From: Squalus acanthias
Lineage: Eukaryota
Assembly: GCA_030390025.1 (NCBI GenBank)
Contig: CM059434.1
Span: 45,384,001 to 45,448,000 of the forward strand
Direction: 5' to 3'
DNA: 64,000 bases
Shown: positions 36,515-49,421 of the stretch, in pieces
Layout: each line of letters starts with the position of its first letter
Position numbering within the stretch: the first letter of the stretch is position 1
The notes under the pieces: generated by a model
Told to the model about the DNA's origin: nothing
Database searches by the model: none
What the model saw: the letters and a program-made list of their open reading frames with translations, nothing else
Position numbers and translations under genes: made by a program

Positions 36515-36940
36515 AGAAAGGAATGGCATTTATATTGCACCTTTCAAGGCCTCAGGATGTCCCAAAGTGCTTTACAGCCAATTAAGTACTTTTGAAGTGT
36601 CGTCACTATTGTAATTTAAGGGAACCCGGCAGCCAATCTGCACACAGCAAGGTCCCACCAACAGCAATGTGATAATGACCAGATAATTTGTTTTAATGAT
36701 GTTGGCTGAGGGATAAGCATTGGACAGGCCACTGGGAAGACTCCCCTGCTCTTTGCTTAGTGCCATGAGATCTTTTGCATTCACCTGAGAGGTGGTTTAA
36801 CATCTCATCCAAAAGAAGGCAACTCCAACAGTGTAGCACTCCCTCACTACTGCACTTATTATGTGCTCAAGTCTCTGGAGTGGGGCTTGAACTAACAACC
36901 TTCTGACTCAGAGGTGAGAGTCCTACCACTGAGCCAAGGC
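36515..36940 (-). mobile_element. Deu-domain SINE
   Basis: Reverse-complement similarity to 4925-5285; tRNA-like head (GTTAGTTCAAGCCCCACTCCAGAG on the minus strand). Confidence 0.75.
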
Positions 36941-37104
36941 CTGTTATTGTATCAGACTGTATTTAGTGGAGTAGCTTTGGATATAACCAGGTCTAAAATC
37001 ATGATTTCTTTTTGTATTGAGAGACATAGGTCAAGGCCCCTAATGCAGGACACAAAAAAGGTTGCAAATAATAGAATGAAGTGGTGGTTTGGTGTCATCA
37101 AGCT

Positions 37105-37545
37105 TGTAGGAACAAAGGAACAGGAGTAGGCTATTTAGCTCCTCGAGCCTGTTCCACCATTCAGTGAGATCATGGCTGATCTGCAGCCTAACTCCATATA
37201 CCCGCCTTTGGTCCATATCCCTTAATAATTTTGGTTAACAAAAATCACCCCTTAACCTTCTAAATTCTAGGGAATACAACCCTAATTTGTGTAATTTCTC
37301 CTTGTAATTTAACCCTTGGAGTCCGGGTATCATTCTGTTAAACCTACTCTGCACTCCCTCCAAGGCCAATATATCCTTCCTAAGGTGTGGTGCCCAGAAC
37401 TGAACACAGTACTAAAGCTGTGGTCTAACCAGGACTTTGTATAGCTGCAGCATAACTTCTACCCCCTTGTATTCTAGTTCTCTAGATATAAAGGCCAGCA
37501 TCCCATTAGCCTTTTTGATTTTTTTCTGTGTTTTCTATACTTTTT
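37105..37545 (-). mobile_element. CR1 fragments (3' UTR and ORF2 piece)
   Basis: GGAACAGGAGTAGGC..CCTCGAGCCTG tail region; minus strand LVRPQL*YCVQFWAPHLRKD. Confidence 0.75.
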
Positions 37546-38577
37546 AATGAATTTTGTGTTCATCAAAGTGATGGACATTAGTACTGGGGAAGGAAGACTT
37601 TCCATTTTAGACACCCAGTGTCGGCATCAACCAATCCTTGGTCATAGAACTATGGAAATATTGGTCAGGTTTAGCAAAGTTGGATGCAGAGTAAAGCTTT
37701 CTCTAATAATGTACCTCAGTCCTAATTTGCAAAACGCATCCCCCTTCTGCACCAGTGTGACATTCCATTTTCCACAGCAGCTATTTTGTGGCTTCCTTTG
37801 AGTGAAATTGCCAAGTTAAGCCTTTAGCTCAGTACAATACAGTAACTCAGTAAATGCACTTCCAGGTATGAAATGGAGTTACCTGATGAGAAAGGTCCCA
37901 TGTTTGATCCTTGCTCTGTGCTGAGATAACTAGTGACTGGTAATGGCAGCATATAGATTTTCTGCTTGTATCACTGCTGCCTTCCAGGAGTCAGGCATAA
38001 CCACATTTTTAGATGTTACTGCGCACCTCTGGAGATAATGGTGCTGATTTGTTTATTTTGCAACGATGCCGCTGCAGCCAGGGCTGCCATCACCAGCTAT
38101 ATCACCATAATGTGAAGAAGCCATAAAATGAAAGTCGTTGTCCATTTTAGGCTATAGGGCTTGTTTATGTTTAACATAGGAAAGGAAGAGCAGGAAAAAA
38201 CCATTAAGCCTACTCCCGTCATGACGCACACTCCATTCACCCACCTTCTAACCATGCAATTTTCTGGGAGTGGTAAAAATGATCTGTCTAAGCTGTCGGT
38301 ATTTAAGGTAAAACGGTATCTCCCCAGAGTGTTGGTGCGGGAAGGATTTTCAAATTTATTTCCTCCTCTTTCACTTGTGCACGGAGAGTTCCATTCCAAC
38401 CAGTATTTTTTAGTTATTTTCAAAAATCTTCATCAATTATACAGAAACCAAAATAAAAAATCAAGCTTGCAAAAATGCTGCAAGAAACCTTTAGGGCCAA
38501 ATTCTGATGGGAAAAGCTAAAATAGCTCCATCCTTGTGACCATGAGTGCAGGACTGTAAGATCTAACCTGTGGAAAG

Positions 38578-39333
38578 ACAAGAACAACAACAAGCACAAA
38601 AACTTGTATAGCACCTTTAATGTAGTAAAACGTCTTAAGGCGCTTCTCAGGAGTGTTATAAAACAAAATTTGACACCGAGCTACATAAGGAGAAATTAAG
38701 GCAGATGACCAAAAGCTTGGTCAAAGAGCGTTTTAAGGAGCGTCTTGAAGGAGGAAAGAGAGGTAGCGAGGCGGAGAGGTTTAGGGAGGGAATTCCAGAA
38801 CTTAGGGCCTAGGCAGCTGAAGGCACGGCCACCATAGTTGAGCGATTCTAATCAGAGATGCTCAAGAGGCCAGGATTAGAGGAGCGCAGATATCTCGGAG
38901 GGTTGCGGGGCTGGAGGAGATTATAGAGGTAGGGAGGGGCGAGGCCATCGAGAGATCTGAAAACAAGGATGAGAATTTTAAAATCAAGGTGCTACTTAAT
39001 TGGGAGCCAATGTAGGTCAGCGAGCCCAGGGGTGATGGGTGAACGGGACTTGGTGCATGTTAGGACACGGGCAGCAGAGTTTTGGGTGACCTCAAGTTTA
39101 CGAAGGGTAGAACGTGGGAGGCCAGCCAGGAGTGCATTGGAATAGTCAAGTCTAGAGGTAACAATGGCATGGATGAGGGTTTCAGCAGCAGATGAGCTGA
39201 GGCAGGGGCAGAGATGGGCAATGTTACAGAAATAGGCGGTCTTAGTTATGGCGCGGATATGTGTTCGGTCGCTCATTTCAGGGTCATATATGACACCAAG
39301 GTTGCGAACAGTCTGGTTCAACCTCAGACAGAT
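38578..39333 (-). mobile_element. 5'-truncated L2 LINE ending about 30 nt upstream of the IgC1 exon acceptor
   Basis: VRNLGVIYD...AETLIHAIVTSRLDYSNALLAGLP...QNSAARVL...ITPGLADLHWLPI, classic L2 ORF2 C-terminus. Confidence 0.9.
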
Positions 39334-39361
39334 GCTGAATTTACTTTTTTCTTGTATACAG

Positions 39362-39682
39362 CTCGACCAAAGATCAGCTTGTCCACTGAATGTGTTACAA
39401 TCCCAAATGGTTCAAAGGGGTCTGTGAGATGTGACGTTACTGGATTCTATCCACGGCAGCTAGATATCCGCTGGGAAAAGTTATCGCATGGGAAAACGGA
39501 AAGTGTTACGAGCAAGGATTCTGGAGATGAACTGGTTAGAAATGATGATGGGACATTTAATCAATCCAGTCAAATATATATTGCAGCAAACCTAGAAGAT
39601 GATGGTATTAATTACCGATGCATTGTGAAACACCCGTCTCATCCTAATGCCACTATACTGGAAGCTCAACTCATTGTCACAG
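39362..39682 (+). CDS. NCR3LG1-like: B7-H6-like gene exon 3, IgC1 domain
   Basis: Phase 1-1, 321 nt; RCDVTGFYP..WEK...RNDDGTFNQSS...EDDGINYRCIVKH; both canonical Cys; 3 N-glycosylation sequons. Confidence 0.93.
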
Positions 39683-40667
39683 GTATGCCTTGTTTTATGA
39701 GGAATAGAGTATTTCAAGTACTAATGTTAGGAGCTGTAAGCATTCATTTGGCACTCTGCAATTCTACTGTAAATAGTGCAACAAAAACAAGTTAAATGTA
39801 GCACTTCGGCTATGGTAATGCACTTTCTGCCCATCTCTGCTGAGGGGGAGGCTGATTCTTACTGGAATATGGTTATACATTTACCATTACCCTCCTGTAC
39901 CTCACCAAATGCCCATTCTTCATCTTTGTACCTATACATTGAGTGCTGGCAGGCTATTCCACTATGGGTCCTATCTTCAGCTGATTCCACACACAAGCAC
40001 TTCCTAGCATGGCTGGCTGCATAGTGATCGGAAGCAGGAATCATGACTAACTGATTTTTCTTTTTCCGTTCACTCGGCTGAAGCTAATTGCTGAAATAAG
40101 ATAAATCGATATAGACTTGGGGATGAAACCTGGGGTTGTCTTGACATAGCGTATGGCTTCGTACCACACCAGGCAATGCACTTGCCCACTAACCATCTGG
40201 GAGAGCTTTGATGCAATCATTTTGAATAGGGTTAGGCTAAGCAGACTACAACAATACAGAAGCATTATAATATATTACAATAAATTACTTAACATATTTA
40301 CTCGTTGCTCCACAGATCTGTGACCATGTTTTGCACATTGTTTTTGGATGCTTGCCAAATAATGCTAATTGTGTAATAAATGTCAAAGTAAATCAGTTTT
40401 GTGTTACTTCAGTGTGCATGGTTCGGCTCACGTTGGCAGTGTGAATGTGACAAGTGGATTTATGTGGGTTTGCAGCAGGAAAGTACTGCTGCTTTTTTCC
40501 CGAAAATTTGAACTAAAACTCTGAAGCCCAATTCTTATATTGTACTTCTATCCTTACAACAACTAGGTTCTTAAGTTGGACAGAATGTGTTGCCTGCTGA
40601 AACAGAATTCATCAGTGAGCAAATGGCTTGTGTCTCATTTTAAAAACAATGCTGTTTAGAATGCAAT

Positions 40668-43445
40668 TTTTTTTTATTCGTTTATGGGATGTGGGTGTCG
40701 CTGGCAAGGCCAGCATTTATTGCCCATCCCTAATTGCCCTTGAGAAGGTGGTGGTGAGCCGCCTTCTTGAACCGCTGCAGTCCGTGTGGTGAAGATACTC
40801 CCACAGTGCTGTTAGGGAGGGAGTTCCAGGATTTTGACCCAGCGACGACGAAGGATCGGCGATATACTTCTAAGTCAGGATGGTGTGTGACTTGGAGGGG
40901 AACTTGGAGGTGGTGGTGTTCCCATGCGCCTACTGCCCTTGTCCTTCTAGGTGGTAGAGGTCGCGGGTTTGGGAGGTGCCGCCGAAGAAGCCTTGGCGAG
41001 TTGCTGCAGTGCATCTTGTAGATGGAACACACGGCAGCCACGGTATGCCGGTGGTGGAGGGAGTGAATGTTTAAGGTGGTCGATGGGGTGCCAATCAAGT
41101 GGGCTGCTGTGTCTTGGATGGTGTGGAGCTTCTTGAGTGTTGTTGGAGCTGCACTCATCCAGGCAAGTGGAGAGTATTCCATCACACTCCTTACTTGTAT
41201 CTTGTAGATGGTGGAAAGGCTGGTAAGGAGGTGAGACACTCGCCACAGAATACCTAGCCTCTGACCTGCTCTTGTTGCCACAGTATTTATGTGGCTGGTC
41301 CAGTTAAGTTTCTGGTCAATGGTGACCCCCAGGATATTGATGGTGGGGGATTCGGCAATGGTGATGCTGTTGAATGTCAAGGGGAGGTGGTTAGACTCTC
41401 GCTTGTTGGAGATAGTCATTGCCTGGCACTTCTGTGGCGCGAATGTTACCTGCCACTTGTCAGCCCAAGCCTGAACGTCATCCAGGTCTTGTTGCATGCG
41501 GGCATGGACTGCTTCATTATCTGAGGAGTTGTGAATGGCGCTGAACACTGTGCAGTCATCAGCGAACATCCCCATTTCTGACCTTATGTTGGAGGGAAGG
41601 TCATTGATGAAGCAGCTGAAGATGGTTGGGCCTAGGATACTGCCCTGAGGAACTCTTGCAGTGATGTCCTGGGCTGTGATGATTGACCTTCAACCACCAC
41701 AACCATCTTCCTTTGTGCTAGGTATGACTCTAGCCAGTGGAGTGTTTCCCCCCCGATTCCCATTGACTTCAGTTTTACTAGGGCTCCTTGATGCCAGACT
41801 CGGTCAAATGCTGCCTTGATGTCAAGGGCAGTCACTCTCATCTCACCTCTGGAATTCAGCTCCTTTGTCCATGTTTGGACCAAAGCTGTAATGAGGTCGG
41901 GAGCCGAGTGGTCTTGGCGGAACACAAACTGGGCATCAGTGAGCAGGTTATTGGTGAGTAAGTGCCACTTGATGACACCTTCCATCACTTTGCTGATGAT
42001 TGAGATTAGACTGATGGGGCGGTAATTGGCGGGGTTGGATTTGTCCTGGTTTTTATGGACAGGACATAGCTGGGCAGTTTTCCACATTGTCGGATAGATG
42101 CCAGTGTTGTAGCTATACTGGAACAGCTTGGCTAGAGGTGCGGCTAGTTCTGGAGTATAAGTCTTCAGCACGATAGCCGGGATGTTGTTGGGGCCCATAG
42201 CCTTTGCTGTATCCAGTGCGCTCAGCCATTTCTTGATATCACGTGGAGTGAATCGAATTGGCTGAAAACTGGCTTCTGTGATGGTGGGGACCTCAGGAGG
42301 AGGCCGATATGGATCATCCACTCGGCACTTTTGGCTGAAGATGGTTGCAAACGCTTCAGCCTTGTCTTTTGCATTCACGTGCTGGGCTCCACCATCATTG
42401 AGGATGGGGATATTGATGGAGCCTCCTCCTGCCGTTAGTTTTTAATGGTCCACCACCATTCACGACTGGATGTGGCAGGACTGCAGAGCTTTGATCTGAT
42501 CCGTTGATTGTGGGATTGCTTATCCCTGTCTATAGCATGCTGCTTCCACTTTTTAGCATGCATGTAGTCCTGTGATGTAGCTTCACCAGGTTGGCACCTC
42601 ATTTTTAGGTACGCCTGGTGCTGCTCCTGGCATGCTCTTCTTCACTCATTGTTGAACCAGGGTTGGTCCCCTGGCTTGATGGTAATGGTAGAGTGAGAGA
42701 TATGCCGGGCCATGAGGTTACAGATTGTGGTGCAATACAATTCTGCTGTTGCTGATGGCACACAGCGCCTCATGGATGCCCAGTTTTGAGCTGCTAGATC
42801 TGTTCTGAAGCTATCCTATTTAGCATGTAGTGCCACACAACACGATGGAGGGTGTCCTCAGTGTGAAGACGGGACTTCGTCTCCACAATAACTGTGCGGT
42901 GGTCACTGCTACCAATACTGTCATGGACAGATGCATCTGCGACAGGTAGGTTGGTGAGGACGAGGTCAAGTAGGTTTTTCCCTCGTGTTGGTTCTCTCAC
43001 CACCTGTCGCAGGCCCAGACTGGCAGTTATGTCCTTCAGGACTCGGCCAGCTCGGTCAGTAGTGGTGCTACTGAGCCACTCTTGGTGATGGACACTGAAG
43101 TCCCCCACCCAGAGTACATTCTGTGCCCTTGCTACTCTTAGTGCTTCTTCCAAGTGGTGTTCAACATGGAGGAGTACTGATTCATTAGCTGAGGGAGGGC
43201 AGTAGGTGGTAATCAGCAGGAGATTTCCTTGCCCATGCTTGACCTGAAGCCGTGAGACTTCATGACGTCCGGAGTCAATGTTGAGGACTCCCAGGGCCAC
43301 TCCTTCCTGACTGTATACCAGTGTGCCGCCACCCCTGGTGGGTCTGTCCTGCCGGTGGGACAGGACATAACCAGGGTTGGTGATGGAGGAGTTCGGGACA
43401 TTGGCTGAAAGGTATGATTCTGTGAGTATGACTGTGATTATGAGC
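40668..43445 (-). mobile_element. CR1-group (CR1/L2/Crack-like) LINE with most of ORF2 (APE endonuclease + RT), frameshifted
   Basis: ILTESYL, RGGG, VGDF, LDLVLTN, SDH endonuclease motifs; NYRPISL, LDIKAAFDRVWH, FADD RT motifs; poly(A) tail at about 40668. Confidence 0.92.
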
Positions 43446-43569
43446 ATATGTTTGCAAATTAAGAGGCGAGATTTTTATTAGTGAGAAACCTAAGTTGAGG
43501 GCCAATGTCCATAGTGTAGGTAAATTGATCAATGGCAGTTAGTTGACATCAAGCTTGGGTTTTAGTAAG

Positions 43570-44030
43570 AAAGAAAAAGAAAGTCTTGCATTTATATAGC
43601 CCCTTTCACTACCTCAGGACGTCCCAAAGCACTTCAGAGCCAATGAAATACTTTTGAAGTGTAGTGACTGTTGCAATGTAGAAAATGCGGCAGCCAATTT
43701 GTGCACAGCAAGCTCCCACAAACAGTAAATAAATAAATGACCAGATCATCTGTTTTAAATGCTGGTTGAGGGATAAATGTTGCCCAGAACACCAGGAGAA
43801 CTTCCCTTCTTCAAATAGCCACGAGATCTTTTACATCCACTTGAGAGGGCAGATGAGGCCTCGGTTTAACGCCTCATCCGAAAGACAACATCTCCGACAG
43901 TGCAGCACTCCCTAAGTACTGCACAGAAGTGCCAGCTTAGATTATGTGCTCAAGTCTCTGAAGCAGGGCTTGAACCTACAACCTTCTAACTCAGAGGCAA
44001 GCAAGATACCACTGAGCCACAGTTGACGCA
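43570..44030 (-). mobile_element. Deu-domain SINE, near full length
   Basis: Tail AAAGAAAG..CTTGCATTTATATAGC; same core as 4925-5285; tRNA-like head with B-box GGTTCAAGCCC on the minus strand. Confidence 0.8.
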
Positions 44031-44384
44031 GTAGCCTGTGGATTGTACAAGGAACTGAAGACCTAAGGAGTAAGGAATTTTACATTTCTAAAGTTCAAAA
44101 AATAATGAGTGGAGCTGTGCAAAATGTAGCATATATAAGCATATTTGGTGCAGTAACAATAAACAACTAGTAGATCACAAGATAAAGCCCTTGCTACAAA
44201 ATGTACTTCAGGGCCCATTCATAATATTCTCAATAGTACAGATAATATACTGAGTGAGGGTTAATGTTCCATGTATATATTTTATATGTACACAAAAAAG
44301 AGTAATATCTGTCCAATTCTACATACCATGGTATCAGTATATACATTTACATAAGGGAAATAGATATTTATTTACATATATACA

Positions 44385-44535
44385 AAAGGGAATTGGATAA
44401 GTACCTGAAGGAAAAAAAATGCTGGGCTATGGGGAAAGGGCGGGGGAGTGGGACTAGCTGAAGTGCTCTTGCAGAGAGCCGACACAGGCTCGACAGGCCA
44501 AATGGTCTCCTGTACTGTAACCATTCTATGATACA
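44385..44535 (+). mobile_element. CR1 3' UTR fragment
   Basis: Matches 46040-46185; ends CTGTAACCATTCTATGA. Confidence 0.75.
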
Positions 44536-44850
44536 TTATACGTGTAACTTGCCTGACCAGAGCTTCAGTAAAGACATTTGGACTGTGTGTGTAATTTATT
44601 CGATTTTTAACTTTGGGAGGTGTGAGGGAAAATGAAAATGAACTCTGCATTGCTATAAAAAGTATGGAGGCTTCTTGGAATCCTTCTCATCATATACAGA
44701 GCTGTTAAGAGCCATCAATAGAAGTTTGCTAGAAAATATTCTAATACAGATTTCTTTTAGCTTCCTATTAATACATATCGGTGAGGTGTTTTGTTTCTTG
44801 AACAGGCTTTAGCACGTGTTTATCTGCTCCACATGTGTTTTTATTTGCAG

Positions 44851-44955
44851 ATTCTAAGAGCACTACCTCAGTCGGAGTAATTGTTGGAGTTTTAGTTGCA
44901 TTTGGTGCATTTGTTGTTGCTGGATTTTACTGTTACTTCAAAAAGCATCGAAAAG
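44851..44955 (+). CDS. NCR3LG1-like: B7-H6-like gene exon 4, transmembrane: DSKSTTSVGVIVGVLVAFGAFVVAGFYCYFKKHRK
   Basis: TTATTTGCAG acceptor, AAG|GTAATG donor, 105 nt, phase 1-1; 23-residue hydrophobic run followed by basic stop-transfer KKHRK; not in the ORF track. Confidence 0.9.
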
Positions 44956-45371
44956 GTAATGTAATTTATCTTCATAAATAGGACTGTTAGAACTGTAGCC
45001 TGTTGTCTTATGTAATTCATATAACATGCTTTACATTTTTAAGTGTAGTTGTCACTGACCAATGCTTCAGTACAATACATTTGCATTAGGTGCAATCCAC
45101 CACCCCGGCTTCAGTAAACACATTTAAACTCTACAATTGAGTACAATAAATACATTTAAAGGGAATACTCTACAATCACACACAGTAAATACATTGCAGG
45201 GATGAAATTGCACTGGGGTGTAATCACACTGGTGATCTTAGCATATGAATGTATTAATAAACTCACTTGCATTTCATCTCTTATTTTAATCAAGGTATTA
45301 TTGTTTAATTGAAATAGAATGATGCTTTTGTTAAGATAGCAGACAGAAAATGTTAATGATCATATACATAT

Positions 45372-46186
45372 ATGGGCGGACATGTGGCAGATGAAATTTA
45401 ATGCAGAAAAATGTGAAGTGATACATTATGGTAGAAAGAATGAGGAGTGGACATATAAACTAAATGGTACAATCTGAAAGGGGGTGCATGAACAGAGAGA
45501 CCTGGGGGTATGTGTGCACAAACCGTTGAAGGTGGCAGGGCAGGTTGAGAAAGCAGTTAAAAAGGCTTACGGGATCCTGGGCTTCATAAATAGAGGTATA
45601 GAGTACAAAAGTGTAGAAATTATGATGAACCTGTATAAAACACTGGTTTGGCCCCAACTGGAGTACTGTGTCCAATTCTGGGCACCACACTTTAGGAAGG
45701 ATGTGAAGGCCTTAGAGAAGATTTACAAGAATGATTCCAGGAATGAGGGACTTCAGTTACGTTGATAGACTGGAGAAGCTGGGGTTGTTCTCCTTGGAGC
45801 AGAGAAGATTGAGAGGAGATTTGATAGAGGTGTTCAAAATCATGAGTGGTCTAGACAGAGTAGATAGAGAGAAACTGTTCCCATTGGCAAAAGGGTAGAG
45901 AACCAGAGGACACAGATTTAAGATGATTGGCAAAAGAACCAAAGGCGACGTAAGAAAAAACTTTTTTACGCAGCGAGTGGTTAAGATTTGGAATGCACTG
46001 TCTGAAAGGGTGGTGGAGGCAGATTCAATCTTATCTCTCAAGAGGGAGTTGGATAAGTATCTGAAGGAAAAAAATTTGCAGAGCTACGGGGAAAGGGCAG
46101 GGGAGTGGGACTAGCTGAGAGCCAGCACGGGCTCAACGGGCCGAATGGCCATCTTCTGTGCTGTAACCATTCTATGATTCTATGAT
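45372..46186 (+). mobile_element. 5'-truncated CR1 LINE
   Basis: QRDLGV...LEYCVQFWAPHFRKD...FFTQRVVKIWNAL; (ATTCTATG)2 tail. Confidence 0.92.
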
Positions 46187-46693
46187 AAATATTGCAAATT
46201 AAACTACATATATACTTCAACACCTGTGGGTACAATAAATACAATTAGACAAGGGTTTGTTAGGCTTCTGCAAATATCTTTGAAACAGAGTGCATCCATA
46301 TCGTTTCCATATTTTGTCTCCACAGCTATGTGACGCCAGTAAAATGTTAATTAATCTCTAATATTGGGTATCATTTGAGCTTATTATAACCCTGATCTGG
46401 TGTTTCAATCTTGAAAGACATTGGCCGCGAATTTAATAGAGGAGGCGGGTTGGAGTCGGGTTGCCTGGTGGGCAGGTTCCGGTCCCGCTTCCGGTTTCAG
46501 GTGCTCCCGATTTGCGAATTTAATTTAAGTTGCCTAATTAGGCCTGTCGTGCGTGCTGGCCGGTCCAGTGAGTGGGAGCGTGTCTGTTGCTCTCCACTGA
46601 TGACGTCATTGCTGCAGTTGTTTTTAAGGGGCCCATGTAGCCTCAGCCTCTCATTTCTCCTTTCTGCTGCAGTTTGAATGGGCCCTGGCTACA

Positions 46694-49421
46694 ATGACTG
46701 CTGCCAAAGCCAAGGCTGCTCCAAGGTTCAATGAGGACTTCCTCCAAGCTCTTGTGGAGGGAGTAAGAGGGCGCAGGGAGATTCTGTTCTCTCCCGATGG
46801 CCGGAGGAAGCCTCCTCAGCAAACAAAGGCAGCCTGACTGTACATTGCTGAAGAGGTAAGCACTAGGTCCTTACATTCACGCACCTGGGTCAAGTGCCGA
46901 AAACGGTTTAATGATCTTCTGCAATCATCAAAAGTGAGTATCACATCACATTTACCTTCAATCTGCTTCCCTTCTCTTCTCATCACCAGCATTGTCAGCC
47001 TGCTCCTCCGCATCCCACCTTACCCTTACTTCCTTTGCACCCTTACCTATCCATCTCTCTCTCTGTACTGAATCACTTCACCATCCTACTATGCACCCCT
47101 CACACTCGCTCTCACTGTTATGCAATGACAACAACTAACAATGCACAGGGAGGCAGCTTCTTCTTGGCACCTCACTCCATCTTGGTCTCCCTCTAAGCTT
47201 CTATGTTATGGATTCTTCACAGTCACACCATCACTCTCGCTGAAACTCCACTTGTGTCCCTCCTTGCAGGAAAAGATAGCCCACAATAAGAGGGAGAGAG
47301 CGAAGACAGGAGGAGGCCCACCATCCCTGGCAACATTGACAAGTGCTGAGGAGGCTGCGCACGAGATCGTGGGCGGTGGCGAGGAGCTGGAAGTGGGGGA
47401 CAGAGAGACAGACTAGATGAAGCTGGTGACAGAATAGATTTTCAACCCTCGTATTTAGATTTCATGATTGACTGCAATGGCATATGATGTTCATAGAGAT
47501 TGGGCTGGATTTTGATACTGGGGTCGGGTTGGTGTCGTGAATCCCACATTTTGGGTTGTAGACCCGCCTCCATCGAGATGTGGCCAACCCACTGTATTTT
47601 CCCTTGATTGACCTTGTTGAGCCCGCCCAGTGGGCTCAGCAGGCCAATTAAGGGCCACCCGGCAACAGGTGACGTCACAGATTGACATTTCATCTGTCAA
47701 GAGCTTTTGACAGATGAAATATCAGCGTTTGACAGCTCTGTGAAGCTGTCAAACACTGACAATATGATTTCTAACTTGAGTCCTTCCTCTCAGGCTGAGT
47801 TAGAAATCATTCCAGCACAGAAAACAGAAGGCTGCAGTTTTTGACAGCACCACAGCTTTTCTGCTTTCTGTGCCGGTGAGATTTCTGACTCCCGAGAACT
47901 GAAGGGCTGACACCTGCAGGAGGAAGTTAAGGTAAGTAAAACTTTTTCCCACACTTAGCACTTACCTTACACACTTACCTCTGCACTCATGCACCCATCA
48001 CTCACCTGCCCACCGGACACATCGAACCCTCCAACCCCTGCAGACCCACGGTCCGCCCAGATAACTTGGCGTGGTTGCCACCTGTCGGGAAGCCCACATT
48101 TCAGCCGTAAAAATAAGGATTAGGCAAAAAACTGCCTGTTAACAGACAGTTAATTGTCACTAATCCCTTCCCGCCTCGGGGAGTCGGGTCCCAGCACAGG
48201 TCGGGTACCCGCCGCCAGCGAAACTGGCATGGAGGCGGGATGGGGTCGGGACCCCCGAATCTGCAACTTTAACCCCCCACATGCCTCCAAACCCGACTCC
48301 ACGGGTCATTGAAAATCCAGCCCATTGACTTTGGATCATCTGCACAATAGGATGTGTCTGCTACCTAAAAATCAGATGTCTAACTCATGCCTTTACTCTC
48401 CCACAGGACCATCGAGAGCCCCCCTCCCCACTGTCCAGGAGGAAGAGCCGGACGACTCCTCAGAGGAACCTGCAGCCTCTGAGGGAGCAGCGTCACCAGT
48501 ACTCAGCGCACCCAGCACCAGCGCAGATACGCACACCTCAGTGGGGCCTTCGCGACATAGAGTAGTGTTGTCACCTGGTGTATCACAGCTCACAAGTGAG
48601 CATTAGCAGATGGTGGAGATAGCGATAGCAGTGGAGAGTTCGCATCGGAGGTCGCAGGATGCTCCTAGCTCGGCTCAGCTGCATGTAGAAACTGTGTCTC
48701 TGGGGCCATCCAGAAAGGGAGCGGTGCTGGAACTCAAAGAACAAGTGCAGGAGTCTCTGACAGGGTTTGCATCCAGGGTAACTGCGAGTGTGGAGAGAAT
48801 GGAGGAGTCCATCTCAAACATGAACACTGCCTTTGTGGAGGCAATGGCGCATGAACATGCTGCCATGGAGAGGGTGGCAACCTCCATGGAGGCCATAAGT
48901 CACCAGACTCAGGAGAACATGGTGACTCTTCTGAAGAGATGGTCTGCTATGGAAGATAGATGGGCATCTATTGAGGAGAGATACCAGAGGTACATGGACA
49001 TTCCCATGATGAGGATTGTCAGTACAGAGATGGGTTCTCATGGCCTCACTGATGTGCAGCAAGGTGCTCTCCAGCACTTGCTAGCACTGAAGTGCGGGTG
49101 ACCCATGAGAGGGATGTTGGTGACAGACAACAAGGAAGTGTGGGCTCCTCTCCAAGCGCTCACACGACCATGCCACTGCGGAGCACTCAGTCAGAGCCCC
49201 AGATTCCTCACCCAACTGAGATGGCCGTCTCAGCCCCTGCACAGCTGCAGGAAGAGCAGACTGTGGAGGAACCCTCCCAGGCTCCCAAACCCAGAGGATG
49301 CCCGCCAAAGGCGTCTAAGCAGATGCAGCAGCAAAGTGAGCAAGGTGCCTCTACATCTGCTGAAGCAACAGGGGAAGCACCACGTAGAAGCACGCATAAG
49401 AGGAAGTTAACACACAAATAG
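46694..49421 (+). pseudogene. Myb/SANT-like gene of element E (3 exons, several stops)
   Basis: MTAAKAKAAPRFNEDFLQALVEGV...; EKIAHNKRERAKTGGGPP; stops near 46837, 47414, 48604. Confidence 0.88.
47502..48323. mobile_element. MITE nested in intron 2 of the Myb-like gene of element E
   Basis: Perfect 12-bp TIR GGGCTGGATTTT; ATT TSD; uninterrupted site in element D at about 34315-34355. Confidence 0.93.

Noticed and set aside
39214-39361. ORF-track N-terminal extension of the IgC1 exon (MGNVTEIGG...)
   Set aside because: Antisense L2 sequence that happens to be in frame; the real exon starts at the AG at 39360-39361
35840-39682. Tapasin/TAPBPL or SIRP identity
   Set aside because: No tapasin N-terminal domain exon or ER-retention tail; the RPGA, TPxKA, WEK and DGTFN motifs fit B7-H6 better. 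Orthology versus paralogy still needs a tree
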